DNA of 64,000 bases from Vicugna vicugna (GCA_013265495.1 MU058221.1:2356001-2420000); one strand, 5' to 3'; shown: positions 22,796 through 35,689, counted from the first letter of the stretch. The notes: generated from the sequence alone by a model not told the origin. Made by a program: numbers and translations.

Positions 22796-25014
22796 CCGCT
22801 GTTGCTTTTATTATGAGTGTGTTGTCCATAAGCAGCCACCCCAGTGTCTTTTTTTTTCTTTCTCTTCATCAGACCTTGCTTTAGGGAAGATCTTAGGGAC
22901 ACTTTCTTCAAAATCTTGATCTTCCCAGCCAGGAGCTACGAACTTCACCAGATGAACAGAAGAGCGCTTTTTTGTCCAGTGAGATCTCTGGGGTCCTCCA
23001 AACTGGGGGACTTTCATTTCCCTGGGTCTCTGCTTTATCCCGTAATGAAGCCCCCAGACGTCTTCTGTCACCCAGGCAGAGGGTTAGAACTATAGAACAG
23101 TGTCGATCTGTAGGGAGGGACCTCCGGGGCGTCCTCAAGAGACGTTTGTCAAATTGTAACTTAGAGGTTGAAGTGGAGAGATGGCAGTGACCATGGTGGG
23201 GGAAGAAGGGAGGCTGTCTGTGTTGGGAGTGTGTGCGTTCTGCTGGTCGAACACACACTCAGTCTGCGTGCGTGTATGTGTTTGCATGGGCTCAGCGTGT
23301 GGTGTGTAGGCTGTTTGGCCTAGCAGAGAGGAGTCAGCGGCACAGAGAATCCACCTTGCCCGGCCCCCCCTACCCCGGCCGCCGTCGAAGGAGCGTAGCG
23401 CAAGGATCACAGGGGGTCTGGGACTGAGCAAGTCGGAAGCCCCGCCTCTGGCGGGTGCCTTTGGTAATAACTTGGAAGCTGGCTGTTGTGAATCTGTTCT
23501 GAGACCCAGGGCGCGATGGCTCTTGTGAAGTGCATAGCATGGGGCTCTCTGGGCTTTTGAAATTGATTGCAGCTGCGTGTTCAGTGCTTGAACCTAATCC
23601 TATGCGGTGTCTGTGTGTGTGTGAGGATAAGCTCAGCGTTGTTATAAAACAAGTTTATGTAAGAATCCGCTTTGTTATTGTCAGGGATATGCAAAGATAG
23701 CATTGATGACAGCGCGCTGAGGCCGAAAATACCCGTGCGTAGGATGGATGCTTCCTCGACTTGAATACAGTAGAGGTAATCCAAACATCAGATAATAAAG
23801 TGACCTTTTAAGGTCTTTTCCAGAGCCGAGATCCAGTTTGTATTTGCAACTGTCTTTCTGGACTGCTTTATGCTGGATTCCCCAGGATGAGATGAGTAGG
23901 GTATCAGTAACGGTCAGGGGAAGAATTACCTGCAGAAGTTTTTTAAAATGGAAAACATTGCTTTGTTTTCAAGGTGGGGTCTTACTTTGTGTCCTCACGG
24001 AGCTGAGGAATGGTATCAACATAGTGAGTGGCAGAGAGGCCTAATCTCATCCAGACTTCAGCAAGTCACTTCAAAGGTTTGATTAAACATACTTATGATG
24101 ATGAGATTCAGAGCTTTTGGAATTCCAGCAGTTTTTTTTTTTTTTTTGAAGATTCAGCACCTAATAAAGTAAAATAAATTGCAGGCCTCCTGGTCAGTGA
24201 ATAAGCACTTATGCAGCTTGGAGCTTCAGTTAATCAGTAGGACTGGTTACTGTTGTGGTTAGACTTGTTTTCTGGCTTTCTTTGAAGGTTTAAGGGCCAT
24301 TGTCCACTGACACGTCACGTTTAGTCACAGGCCATTATGAAAAGTAATAATTATTTTTCCAAGGTCTGTAGGCAGGACTGGATGCAGTGTGGGAAAAGTA
24401 AGGCACAATGGTTTGTGGCCTACCCTCTCTTGTCAGAAACACTCAGATGTGTGAGGCAGAGAGAGGCTGCAAAAATAATTGGAGAACCTGGTGATCGCTG
24501 CAGGGATTTGGGCAAGAATCAGCATGCCTCTCCTTGTCAACAGTCTGGGCTAAACCAGGCCAGAACTGGACACCTGGGAGGGCGCTGGGACAGGGTCCTG
24601 GGGAGCAAGCCAGGCTGGGGAGGGGGTTATGCCAGGCACATTAGAGGGAGATTGCAGAGGAGCAGTAAGAACTGCTTAGCCTACGCCAGCTGGAAGCAAG
24701 GGGGAAGAGCAGAGAAGGAGCTGAGGGCGGCAGACGTCTGGGACAGTAGAAAGACGGAGAACAGACTACTTTGAGATCTAGGGGTTTGAGACGTGCCCGA
24801 TGGGCACCGTAAGAGACTGGCCTGGTGGAGCAGAAGCAGTCAGCTGATTTAAAGAAACATGGATGGACAATCCAGGAGCACATCCTGACCAGTTGTTGCA
24901 AGACTTCAGCACAAGATTCTCCGGCCAGCGCAACTGTTGTTCTGAGTTGAACGTTTGTTACAAGAACGCACCCAACACCCAATCCACATAATGAATTAGA
25001 GATACCCCAGTGTT

Positions 25015-25138
25015 GGGGGGAAGGTATAGCTCAGTGGTAGAGCACATGCCTCGCATGCATGAGGTCCTGAGTTCAATCCCCAGTACCTCCATTAAATAAA
25101 TAAACCTAATTGACCCCTCCCCCCAATTTTTTTAAAAA
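25015..25138 (+). mobile_element. tRNA-Ala-derived SINE (vic-1-like)
   Basis: ggggaaggtatagctcagtggtagagcacatgcc...gaggtcctgagttcaatccccagtacctcc, then taaataaataaacctaatt; TSD cccagtgtt at 25006-25014 and 25139-25147. Confidence 0.9.
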
Positions 25139-25517
25139 CCCAGTGTTTGTTAACTTAATTTTCCTTTTTTAAAATCAGCGAAGAAGTTCTTGGTGCTCAG
25201 AAATGTGTCTGATTTGTTTTTATGTCTCTGCCAACCACAGTGAATCCTCATTAGCAATAGATGTGTGTGCGTGTGCATGTGAATTGTGTTTTTCCCTGCA
25301 TCTGGACTGACTCCCCTACTGCCTGTGATCCCCTTTAGTGGAGTTCCTCCAGTCGCTTCTCCCTCAGGCTCCTGGTCCCTGGAAACAATTAGGCCGTGGT
25401 TTCTTAGAATCCGGCAAGTTCAGCCCTCACAGGTCTGCATAGGGGCAAATAAGTAGTTGCGTTGCAAATACTTGTTGGAGGAAAGAACTTGCATTCCTCA
25501 GCGCCAAGTGTAAGAGA

Positions 25518-25534
25518 CAGCGCCCCCTGTTGTG
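25518..25534 (-). promoter_or_regulatory. CTCF core motif
   Basis: cagcgccccctgttgtg = minus-strand cacaacagggggcgctg, close to the CTCF core CCASYAGRKGGCRS. Confidence 0.55.
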
Positions 25535-25780
25535 AGTAGCAAGTGGAAACAACAATCTAAATTCAGTAGAAGGAAATCAGGCGTGCACCCATCGCCCCAG
25601 TCTCCTCGTCCCCCGGATCCTGACGCTTTCACGTGTCGTTTGACTTGAGGGAGGGGTTTAGGGCCCCAGGTGGGTTGTCTTTAGAGAGATGAACTGCTTA
25701 AGGTGAGAAACTGGCACTGACAGTCCCTGTTCGGTGACGTGAAGAAAGAACTGGTAAGAGCTCTGTTTCATTTCAACATG

Positions 25781-25876
25781 CATTCATTCATTCATTCATT
25801 TTTTTATTATTTTATTTATTTTATTTTATTTTATTTTATTTTATTTTATTTTATTTTATTTTATTTTATTTTATTT
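25781..25876. repeat. (CATT)n followed by (TTTTA)n microsatellite
   Basis: cattcattcattcattcatt then ttttattttattttattttatt... Confidence 0.95.
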
Positions 25877-26544
25877 CTCACCAGGGAAGACTGTGCCTCC
25901 CACCCCACTAACCCTTCCCGGAATCCAAGACCATCGCCATGGTTACAGACTGCTCCATCAGTAGTCCGGGGGGCCACTCCTTACTGGTCTAGCTGACGTC
26001 AAGGTCTCTCACTGAGCAGACTGCATCTTCTCCTCTGGTCAGGACAGCTGCTGTCCCATCCTGAGATTCTCCTGGAGGGGACAAGATTAATTTAGAGGTT
26101 TTAAAGGACAGGCAACAAGAGCCAGAGGACCTATTTTTAAAATTAAATCTTCATTGAATTATGCGCATCTATATTTTATAAACCCCGATTTAAAACACTA
26201 ACATCAGAGATAAGAAAAGTGCCTGTGTTACTTGTTACCCTTGAAGGAGTTGTTTGGAGGATTATGGTTGTCAGAAACCATAGATAGTTTCACTGAGGAA
26301 GAAATTCTAAGCTGAGATCGTTTTCTTTTTCTCCCAGTTTACTCTTTGCTAGCTGACTTGGACATTACACAAAAAGCTAGTGAGATCTTGGATTGCGTTG
26401 ATAGGAACAAGGTGGCCAGAACAAGGCAGGAGAAGGCCCTCTGCCTGCCTAGACCCGGTAAAGGAATGTTGCATTCCCCGGTGCGCGTGCACCTTAAAGG
26501 AAGAGACTGATCACCCGGGAGGTTATCGGAAGACAGCGAGCAAC

Positions 26545-26822
26545 GTTTCTGTAGAAAAATCAGCTGACAGCCTTATGGGGGATCCCTTGTAACTGGCTCT
26601 GTTTTTCTCTTGCTGCCTTTAGAGTTTCCTCTTTACCTTTCACTTTGGCCGTATTACTTATAATACGTCTTGATGCAGGTCTGTGTGGGTTCATCTTGTT
26701 TGGGACCCTCTGTGCTTCCTCTACCTCGATATCTCTTTTCTTCTTTAGGTCTGGGAAATTTTTAGCCATAATTTCTTCAAATGTGTTTTCAATCCCCTTT
26801 TCTCTTTCTTCTCCTTCTGGAA
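26545..26822 (-). pseudogene. LINE-1 ORF1 fragment (inverted half of a chimeric insertion)
   Basis: Peptide MAKNFPDLKKKRDIEVEEAQRVPNKMNPHRPASRRII...KEETLKAAREK is L1 ORF1p. Confidence 0.9.
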
Positions 26823-26992
26823 GGAGATCTTAAAAACAAACAAACAAACAAAAAACAAAACAGCGGGGCACAAATGAACTTATTTACAAGACAGAAACAG
26901 ACTCACAGACGTAGGGAAAAAACAACTCAGGGCTACCAGGGAGCCGAACGCAGCGGGTGGGAGGGATAAATCAGGAGTCTGGAAAAAGAAAA
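26823..26992 (+). mobile_element. LINE-1 3'UTR segment (sense half of the chimeric insertion)
   Basis: acaaatgaacttatttacaagacagaaacagactcacagac...gggtgggagggataaatcaggagt followed by an A-rich tail. Confidence 0.85.
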
Positions 26993-27339
26993 GAAGAAAG
27001 TGAGCGAAGGTGAGCGGTGGTTAGAAATCGTCTCCTGTGAGAAGTAGTTGAAGCAATGTTTGAATCCATCTTGAAGATGAGTTTACTTGAGAGAACCGGG
27101 TTACGCTTGAACATTTGCGAGACCGGCACGTGCACGAGAGAGGAAATATATTACATGGGATCTCAGAGAGCAGAACTCCCACTGTGGTGTACTTAATGAG
27201 CACAGATTTCAGATCAGTGTAAAGAACTTTCAGCAGTCATTCAGACTTCATTTACTGGTGCCTCCACTGCAGTAACAGTTGCCAAGCTTAAGTTGGATGT
27301 AAACCTGCTTAGTCAAACTATGGGGACCACCTGCTTCTG

Positions 27340-27490
27340 AAGCGTAGAGCTGGCCAGAGGGAAGGCACATATTCAGATTCCTGGGCCCAACCCTAGACCT
27401 ACTGAATCAGAGTCTCAGGGCTTGTGGCCCTTGAATCTGCATTTTGAATAGGTTTTACTGATGTCGCTCAAGTTTTCAGACACTCCGTAG
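27340..27490. mobile_element. MER5A hAT-Charlie MITE
   Basis: cagattcctgggcccaaccctagacctactgaatcagagtctc...gaatctgcattttgaa. Confidence 0.8.
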
Positions 27491-29169
27491 CTCAAACCCA
27501 TCCTGAGCCTGACCAGCAGGTCTTTTGACAAATGCTGCCTTCATCCCTGGTTGAAGAACTGAGACGCTGGTTTCTAGAGTCTACATTCCTCACCAGTAGT
27601 TTCAAGGCCCTGAATTTGACAGTCCTGCCTGTCTCACCTTCAGCTTTTCTCTCCAGTCGCCGTTTCGGGAGCCCTCCAGGTCTCAGTGTTTTCATGGCTT
27701 CAGGCGCTCCCCGGCGGCTGTTTTCCCCTTTCATCACAAATCCTAACATCGTTACAGTCAGTACCGTGGCACGACTCTTTTGCACAGTTTATGTTTCCCT
27801 GTCACTTACGCATTTGAGTCTTCTCTCCCCGGCAGGTGAGAAGGGGGTCTGAGGCCCTCAGCATGGTGCCCCGGCCAAGGAGTTCCGGGGTGTGGTGCTT
27901 CAAGGGGCAGTTTAGGTCATTTAGGTCAACTCGCCATCTGAGGCTTGAATCCTGCACCGAGTGGCTCAGCAGAGCCCAGCATCCCCAGCACCCCTGCTGG
28001 GAACTTACAGCCTTCCAGGCACACCTGCTTCACGTCCATCTTTGGGCAAGTTTGACTTCTTCATTATTTGGGGTGAATATCATTCTCTCTCTAACTTCTG
28101 TTTGTCAGGTCAGGATTCTCCTTGAGTCTTCATAGAACAAACCCTGCAAAACACCTGCTGTAAAATCAGATCCATCCCCATATCCCTTTGTTTTCCCCAA
28201 GCCTCACTGCAGTTTGCTCTCTTGATGTGTTTGTTTCCGGGACTTCTTGCTGAAGTAAGTCCGATTGGAAAGGAGAGTAGCATTTGATAGGAAATAAAAT
28301 TATCGAAGTAAATTTACTTTTGTGAAATATCTGGAGAACATGCCTTAGCATATTAATGATCACAACAAAAAGGTCTTGAAGATGTCCATTTTGATGCATG
28401 TCCCTTTTAGAACATGTTCACGGTGAGCTTCTAAAGTGCTTTGTGAGTGTCAGGTGACAGCCTCTCATTGTCAGAATAAATTCTGCAGACGCTGAATTGG
28501 TAACATTGAAACAGGTGACACTATACGTTATGATTTTAACTTGCCATGCCATCTCACACTAACTCATGAAATTACAAATAAATGTCACACCTGTGGCAGT
28601 TTTCACTTGAACTGATTCTTTTTTTTTAATTATCTTCTTCTGCAATTTTTATTCAGAGCCCTGAAAGGAATACATGTACTTAGCAAAGTGCCTGCCTGTA
28701 GCCTAATCCCAGTTCTCCTCCTAGCAGCAAAGGAGGCATCACCGAAGTGACGCAGAAGTGCATTATGGGTGGGACGCCTGCTCTGCACCCTGTCACCTGC
28801 AGCAGGGGTGGGGAACGGCAGGCGTCCATGTCATCTCTCTGGATCCTCGTGTGACCGGTGGTGTGTTTCAGAGGCAGCTGGGTGGATTACGCATGCTTGC
28901 ACTAGAGAAAGGGATCTACGTTGTTCTTGAAGAGTTTCAAGTGCAGATTCACTACGTCTCTGTGCTGGGGGTGCAGAGAGGGGTTCTGTTCACTTCTTGT
29001 TCGCCGCGATAATTAGGGAGGGAGTCCCAGCCTGAGGTTCCGGGGATGGATGAGCGTCCTAGACAAGGGAGGCGCTGCTGTTGTGGGCTCTTGCCGGACC
29101 ATGCACCGTCGCTGCCTGTTCCTGCTCACTGCCGTTCATTACAAAATGATTTCTGTGGTTCTCTGATTC

Positions 29170-29760
29170 CTTTCTGTTTCCACTGATCAGCTCTCCAAAG
29201 GCAGGTGCCGTGTGAGTGGTTTTGCTCTCTCCTGAATTACAGCATCTCTGACAGCGCCGAGTGCCTGCGAGGAAGCCGGCAGTCAATGAATGTTGGTTGA
29301 ATTAATGAAGGCATCCATTCAATAGTTACAGCTGCCATTTCCTTCATAATCTTTCTCCTGTCTTCCTCGTCCCGGGGCCACTGTCCAGTTTACCTTCTGA
29401 GTGTGTCTCGACTCATTTTGGCCCAGCCTCCGGAAGGCCACGTGTCTGAGTCCCTCCCACCTCTGCCCTGTCCCGTAAGCTGCTTCCAGACTCATCGTCT
29501 CCAGTCTGTTGTGATCATGTCAGCCTGGCTGGCGCTTCACCCCTGCAAGTCCCTGGTACTCACAGACGTTCTTCCTCCTGAAGGCCTGCCCTGTTTCTCA
29601 GAGACCCAGCCCTCAGTCCACTGAAGAAATACCAAGAGCAGCTGCTGTGTGTCAGGGACAGTGAGAGGGGTGAACGGATGAATGAGGCGCAGTTTCTTCC
29701 TGTAGAGACACTCACAGTCAAGGGCAGGGAAAGCAGAGCTAGAAACAGTCACGATGTGAT
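29170..29760. mobile_element. LINE-2 fragments (3' end on + at ~29170-29310, 3' end on - at ~29620-29760)
   Basis: agctctccaaaggcagg...cagtcaatgaatgttggttgaattaatgaa; gagcagctgctgtgtgtcagggacagtg...actcacagtcaagggcagg. Confidence 0.55.
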
Positions 29761-29929
29761 GCAACACAAGTTCTTGCTCAGGGGAGACCGGTGCTACTGG
29801 AGACGAAGGAGAGGAGGCGGGGGACTCCTGCTTCAGTGCTCGGTGCCCGCGTGCAGAGGCCGCTGGCCGCTCCCCTGCCCCGGCACTGACCTCCAGTCAT
29901 GTGTGACTGAGCTTCCTGTTTTTGAGTCT

Positions 29930-30322
29930 CGGTGTCCTTGCATAGACTCCCATGACACCGCGCCACAGACTGGGTGCCCCGAACAACAGGCATTTATTTC
30001 CTCACAGCCCTGGAGGCTACAGGTCTAAGATCGGGGCAGCAGAAATTTCAGTTTCCAGTGAGGGCTCTCTTCCTGGCCGGCAGGTGGCCGCCTTCTCACC
30101 CTGTCCTCGCACGGCCTGTCTTTCGTGTGCAGGCACACGGAGAGAGCGAGCTCTCGTGTCCCACTCTTACGAGGGCACCCGTCCTGTTGGTTAAGGCCCA
30201 GCCTATGACCTCACGTAACCTTTATCACCTCCTTCCTGGCCCTCTCTCTAAGTACAGCCACACTGGGGGTGAGGGCTTTGACATGAGCTTTGGGTGTGGA
30301 TGAGGCAACTCAGCCCACAGCA
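29930..30322 (-). mobile_element. MLT1B-like MaLR LTR
   Basis: ccacagactgggtg...aacaacaggcatttatttcctcacagccctggaggc...gtgagggctctcttcctggc...cagccacactgggggtgagggctttgacatgag...actcagcccacagca. Confidence 0.85.
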
Positions 30323-30489
30323 GCCTCGGTGGGCTGCACCTGCCAGTCGCATCGCCCGGCCAGAGTCTGTCCCCACCTCGCCAGCCCAGCGGCCCTTGGC
30401 TCACGTGTTCGTAGCGCTGAGCGTCTGCTGCTGATTTGCACGTGGTGGTCCTTTCACGGTGCGGGGGCTCACCTGAGGCTCGTCCACCC

Positions 30490-30670
30490 GCCACAGTGTC
30501 GGCTGCGGCCCCGGGCAATCTACATAACCCTCCAAGCCTGGGGTTTTTCACTGCAAACAGTGGTACCAGGTTGCTGCCTCACAGGCCTGCGGGGAGGATT
30601 GAAGGCAGTAACGCATGCCGAGCACCCAGCCCCGTTCGAGCGTCTGCTCGGCACTGGGCGAAGGTCGGCT
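30490..30670 (+). mobile_element. MIR SINE
   Basis: gggcaatctacataaccctccaagcct...ctgcctcacaggcctgcggggaggattgaaggcagtaacgcatg. Confidence 0.55.
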
Positions 30671-33046
30671 CCGCACCCCAGCCCCTGCCTCCACGGCTAA
30701 CCCGCTGAGTCCCGGAGGCCGAGAATTACGTCTTCTCCTTCCTCTCTGTCTCCGAAGATAGAGCGCCAGGTGGAGTGCCTGACTGAAGCCACCACGCAGG
30801 GAACCTCTGTTGTCCAGGAAGGGCTGACAAGTCTATTTTGTGTTTGCTGCCAGGAACCCTAGAGAAACTTTGAGCCTAGGATAGGCCATTCCCAGTGGCA
30901 GAGAACAATCGTGTCTGTCGTGTACCACTCGTTCACGAGGGATTATCTTTGCTTTGTCCTGGGTCATTTACCTTGAGTTGGAAAGATGCAAAATGAATTA
31001 GCCCGGAGGACAGGAGTCGGGGGTGATACGATTTGTATTAGGACTTTTTGAAATATGATGTTGATATTCGGCCGTAATAACCAACACGTTGAAAAGCCAA
31101 TTCGGCAGGAGGAATTCTGAGAAGAAATGTAACGCGTTTGTCACTAAGGAGGACTGCATAGCCAAGTGATTTCGTTATGCATTTTAAAGTGTTTGTAAAC
31201 CCTTGGGTAGCTATAGTCAATTTTTAAACATGTTTCCTCATTAATTTTCAATTTGTAAATGTACATGGTACAGGAGTGTTGTAGTCATCAGGGGAGGCTG
31301 CTTCACAGATGGCTCTTGTGTGACCTAAAATCTCAATGATTATAACGAAGCAGAATGGATGATGGTAAACTTGCCAGGAGATTTGCTGATTGTCAACAGT
31401 TTTCCAGTTTTGTTGCTATTCTTAAGGATTTAGTGCTTCTTAAACATGAAAGGAAGACAGTTGTAATGGGGCTTTCAGGACCAGCAATTGCCTAATGAAA
31501 TGTTTTGGTCAGCTCCTTGCTATTCTGCGTGAAATTCTTGCCAGGGAAATCACACCAGCAGAATTATTGGTCATGTTGAATCAAATATACACAGAAGACA
31601 TTTCATCATCAGTTCTCCAGGCCAGCACGTGGGAGGCAGTTTCACGCCTCTGTCTTACACTGTGTGCTGAGGTCCCGATTAACATATGAGAAGGGCTCTG
31701 AAACTAAATGCTGGTTTGATTCATTCATGCCAGTGTTCTTCTTTGGCACCAGGAGTTAAGAATCGCCTGGGCAGGGGGTTTAGCAGGTGGAACTGTGAAG
31801 ATCTGAACTTAAGATGCATCTGGAAACCCAGAGTTACAATCAGCAAATCCTTTTATTCGACCTCTGTTTCCGCTTCCCCATGTGCAGGTCACTTGTGTGT
31901 TGAACCCCCGACCTTACCAGCTAATCAGCGTTCAGGGCTGCACACAGGAAATAATAGAGTCTTGAAAGTTAAGCCAAGTTCTCACTATCTCAGTGGCCAC
32001 GAGGGAGATAGTTAGCCTTTCTGAACTTTGGTTTTCCAAAGAAGGGATGGCTAACCCTGCCAAGGGGAGAGGCTGTGCAGTGGGAGCAGCCCGTGTCGTC
32101 GTCCAGCACGGGACGTGCTCCACAAATGATAGTTCTTTCTTGGAAACTTGCTCCCCTCTTTCTCTGTGATGGGCGGTTTCCACCCTTTGCCCCGACTGCG
32201 CATGCCTGGAGCCCATGTGTTCCTCCACCGTGAGCCCCTGTTTTCTCAGACTAACAATCATCAGGGAGGCCTGGGCCCTGCCTTTAGCTGACAGACGGTT
32301 GCAACATCGGATTCCTAGCGATGCTGAGGATCTCAAGGGGGCTCCCAGAGAAGAGCCCGGAGCAAAGTGAGAGCAGAATATTCACTGACAGGCTGTGAGA
32401 AGCACCCCGGTAAGCATCCCGGCACCAAAGTGGGACCTAGAATGCTTGTCCTGTGGGGGTTCTGGTTGGGAAGAGCCCCTTCCTGTCCCCAAGCTGGAGC
32501 GCGTGCCGATGCGGTAACCACGCTGGCTGTGATACCCAGCGCCAGCCTGCTGGCCTCATCTTCACCCAAAGGGTGAATTACAGCGCTCATCCCCCGACCA
32601 CGCAGCGTCCCCAGCAGTGCCGTCTTCCCTCGCTGCCCGGTGCCTCGCCTGCCGCCCTCGCGGATTCTGCTAGAGAGAAGGAAGGAACATTTCAGGAGCT
32701 TCCTGGGAGTGGGTTGGATGAGTTCCTTGTCCCAGAAGGCTCTTCGTTTTAATGAGGACCAAGCAGAGTGAGAAGCCAGAGGAAGGAAAGGTCTTCTGGC
32801 GAAGCACAAATATGTGGACCCGGAGCAGAGCAGCCCTGGAGCAGCTGTGGCTTCTCAGCACGGAGAAGGGTGATCTCCACTGACCTGGCGAGGAGAGGTC
32901 GACGGAAATGAGAATGCACAGCCTGGAAGCTGGGAGTTCTGTTTTATTCGGCGCGCTTTCTGAGGACCCGAGCCCGGGAGGTGGCCTCTCAGATCGCTCC
33001 GAGAGACTGTTCCACCAGGCCAGGGAGGGGCCGGGATAAACAGGAG

Positions 33047-33116
33047 TTTGTTTTTTTTTTTGTTTGTTTTTGTTTTTGTTGTTGTTGGTGGTGGTGGTGG
33101 TGGTGGTGTTGTTTTG
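33047..33116. repeat. T-rich / (GTT)n(GGT)n compound microsatellite
   Basis: tttttgtttgtttttgtttttgttgttgttggtggtggtggtggtggtggtgttgtt. Confidence 0.9.
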
Positions 33117-35689
33117 CAACAAAGACCAGGTAGTTGGAACATTACAATGTTAATGTTAAAGAAAGCCAGACACCCCAGGTTAAGGAATTCAGCGCTTTTC
33201 TGTGTGTGGGACGGTGCAGAGGTCTGCGCTCACTGAACTCCCTCCTTTGATGTGCACCTAGCTGCCTGGGGCCAGCGTCCTGTGCTTCCACACCCTGAGT
33301 TCCCTCAGGGGCACCGCTGGGGGTGCGGCAGAGGCAGGCTTCCTGCTGGTCTGCGTCCTGGGTGTCTGGGGCAGTGGTGGTGGCTGATGACTCGATGGCC
33401 ACAGCATCCTTTGTTTATGGAGATGGCCGGCAATATTTTTCATTCCCAGCGGCTGTCACGTGGAACCTTCTTTGTTCCATATGCATCAGGCATGTGGGTA
33501 GAGACTGGCGTTTGCACATCAGAGCCCACGTTAACCAGACCACTCAGTGAACTCACCTCTCTGCCCGCTGCCTGTCTCCTCGGCGCTTCGATGCAGGGAG
33601 AGCCCACCGTCAGCGGTGGTGGTGGGACCCTCGCTCCCTTGCCTGGCAGGCGCCGTTCCCACTGAGCCCGCTCACAGACTCGGGATCCTTCTCAACCCAG
33701 CCTCCCAGGCAGCTGTTCTTGCGCCATCACATTGTGCTAATGTGATGGCATCTGTTGGTCTTCCTAGGGCTGTGATCGGCAGGTCCTAAACAGATCTGCA
33801 GGAAGCAGTGCCCTCTCCCGTTTTACTGACTAGAAGACTCCCCTTAGAGGGGTCACGTAGAGCTTGCCCAGAGTCACTCAGATGGTTCACTGCAGAAGGA
33901 CAGCTCGGAATGGAGCCTGACTTTTCCAAACCCTGGGCTTTCCTGCTCCATCAAGCTGCTTCCCTGAAGCTAGAGTTTTAACTTTGTTTAGTTTAGTTTT
34001 TCACGTTCTTAAGAAGCTGTGAACACACAGCAGTAGTCTTCCGGGAAGATTTTCAGTTTGATGCTGCTTTACTTAGCAGAGGGCTTGGAGTAGCCTGAGT
34101 TGGGCTCATCTGAGATACTTCACCTGCCTTCAGCCGCTGGGGACCCCGGTCAGTGAAATAAACAATTGGTTTCAGTGACAGCAGAGTCCAGGTGAACCCT
34201 GGTTTTAGGCTTGGTCCATGACCGGGGCTTTTCGTATGGCCTGCCATGTTGAGAGAGGATTCATGGCCAGTCATGCTGACTCCTGGAGTCTTCCGTCACG
34301 TAGAGCCTCTGGCCCCCAGGCCACCACTGTATTGTGACTGGGGGGTGTAGGTGTACTTCCAGCATGTTTGGTCCTCTGAATTCCAGGAAGCGGCCAAGTG
34401 CAGCATCATACTCTCTACTCTTCCAGAACCTTCTGTTTGGCACAGAAATGCATGCTCTGCTCTGGACGGCAGGTCGGTCTGTGTGTGGCTCTTCACCCAA
34501 ACAACCCACCGTGGGAGTATTCGCGGGGCACTCTTCTGAGAACTGCGTTGGCGTTCAGAGCCGGGCCGACTCCCCGGAGCCCCCCCGGCCACCCGCGCAC
34601 GGGCCCAGCGAGACGCTTCCCTTACTGGCCTCACCGCAGCTCCAGTTGTTACCCACTTAAAATCTCACTGAAGCCGTGTTGCTGTGTGGCCGTCCCTGAG
34701 CAGCCTAGCCCGTATTCATTTAGGCAAGGGCTGCTTCGTGTGGTTGACTGTATCACGTTCACATGCTTGCCGTTGTCGAGATGCCATTCACATGGTTGTC
34801 CCTGTGGATTTTTCTAGTTGTTACCACAATGTTCCAGGACATGATAGCAAAGTGCCTTGAAGCAAGGGTACTTTTCATTAAGTCACACAAAGGGGCCGTG
34901 CTGAATAATGGCAGAGCTACCTACCAATTCCAGTTGCCCAGACAAGCACCGACAAAAATCCGTGTTGTTCTCCGTTACAGGGTACACATCTTGGAGTCTA
35001 GAAGGAAACAGTCATTGACTGGGTGTCTGTTGAGCCGCCAGAAACTAGGCTGGGCAGTACGTTCTCTCCTTTAATTGCCATAATAACCACAAAGCGTAGG
35101 AATAATCTCATTTGAGAGACTGAACTGTAAGTCATTTGTACAAGGTCATGAAGTCGACGATAATGACAGATCAGTGATTTGGACGCTGATTGCCTGGATG
35201 CTGAAGTCCATGTTTTTCCTGTATATCCCATGGGTCCCCAGGACCCATGGCTCAGGGCACATCCTGCCTAGGATGCTCAACAAACGCTGTGAGAATTCAT
35301 TGGTTAAAGGAGAGGAGCCGAAAGCTGCTCACGAGGTTGTCAGGGTTTTGTTGCATAGTCTGTGGAGTGTAGCGGCCCCCTCCCAGGGTGCAGGGGAGGG
35401 GGAAAGCAGTGACAGGGACCATACAGACCTGGAGCTGCTTGGGAGCATCAGCGTCAGAGCTGGCTCTCCATCCTTATGCCCCCAGAATCTGCCCACCTGC
35501 CTGTGTCTCGGGCAGCACGACCGTGGTGGTGTAGACGGTTGTCCGGAGCATGGCAGACGCCGACTGAGCCATCTTAGAAACTCCCTGGAACCCAGTTTGG
35601 TTGGAACTGCTTGGAGGAAGGGCATATGGAGATCTTTTAACTTCTTTTAATATTCAGTATCTGACATGCAAATGTCTAGGCAATATGGC

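Larger units (their letters stand above)
26380..27300 (+). mobile_element. L3/CR1 LINE 3' region interrupted by an L1 chimera
   Basis: Left flank gcaccttaaaggaagagactgatcac; right flank gaaatcgtctcctgtgagaagtagttgaagcaa...cacagatttcagatcagtgtaaagaactttc. Confidence 0.6.

Noticed and set aside
24540..24990. Possible ancient LTR remnant (also 22880-23130 and 45000-45400)
   Set aside because: The composition is suggestive, but I could not match diagnostic motifs or termini with confidence.
35228..35250. Perfect 10-bp hairpin ccatgggtcc-cca-ggacccatgg
   Set aside because: Roughly one such stem is expected by chance in 64 kb, and there is no supporting context.
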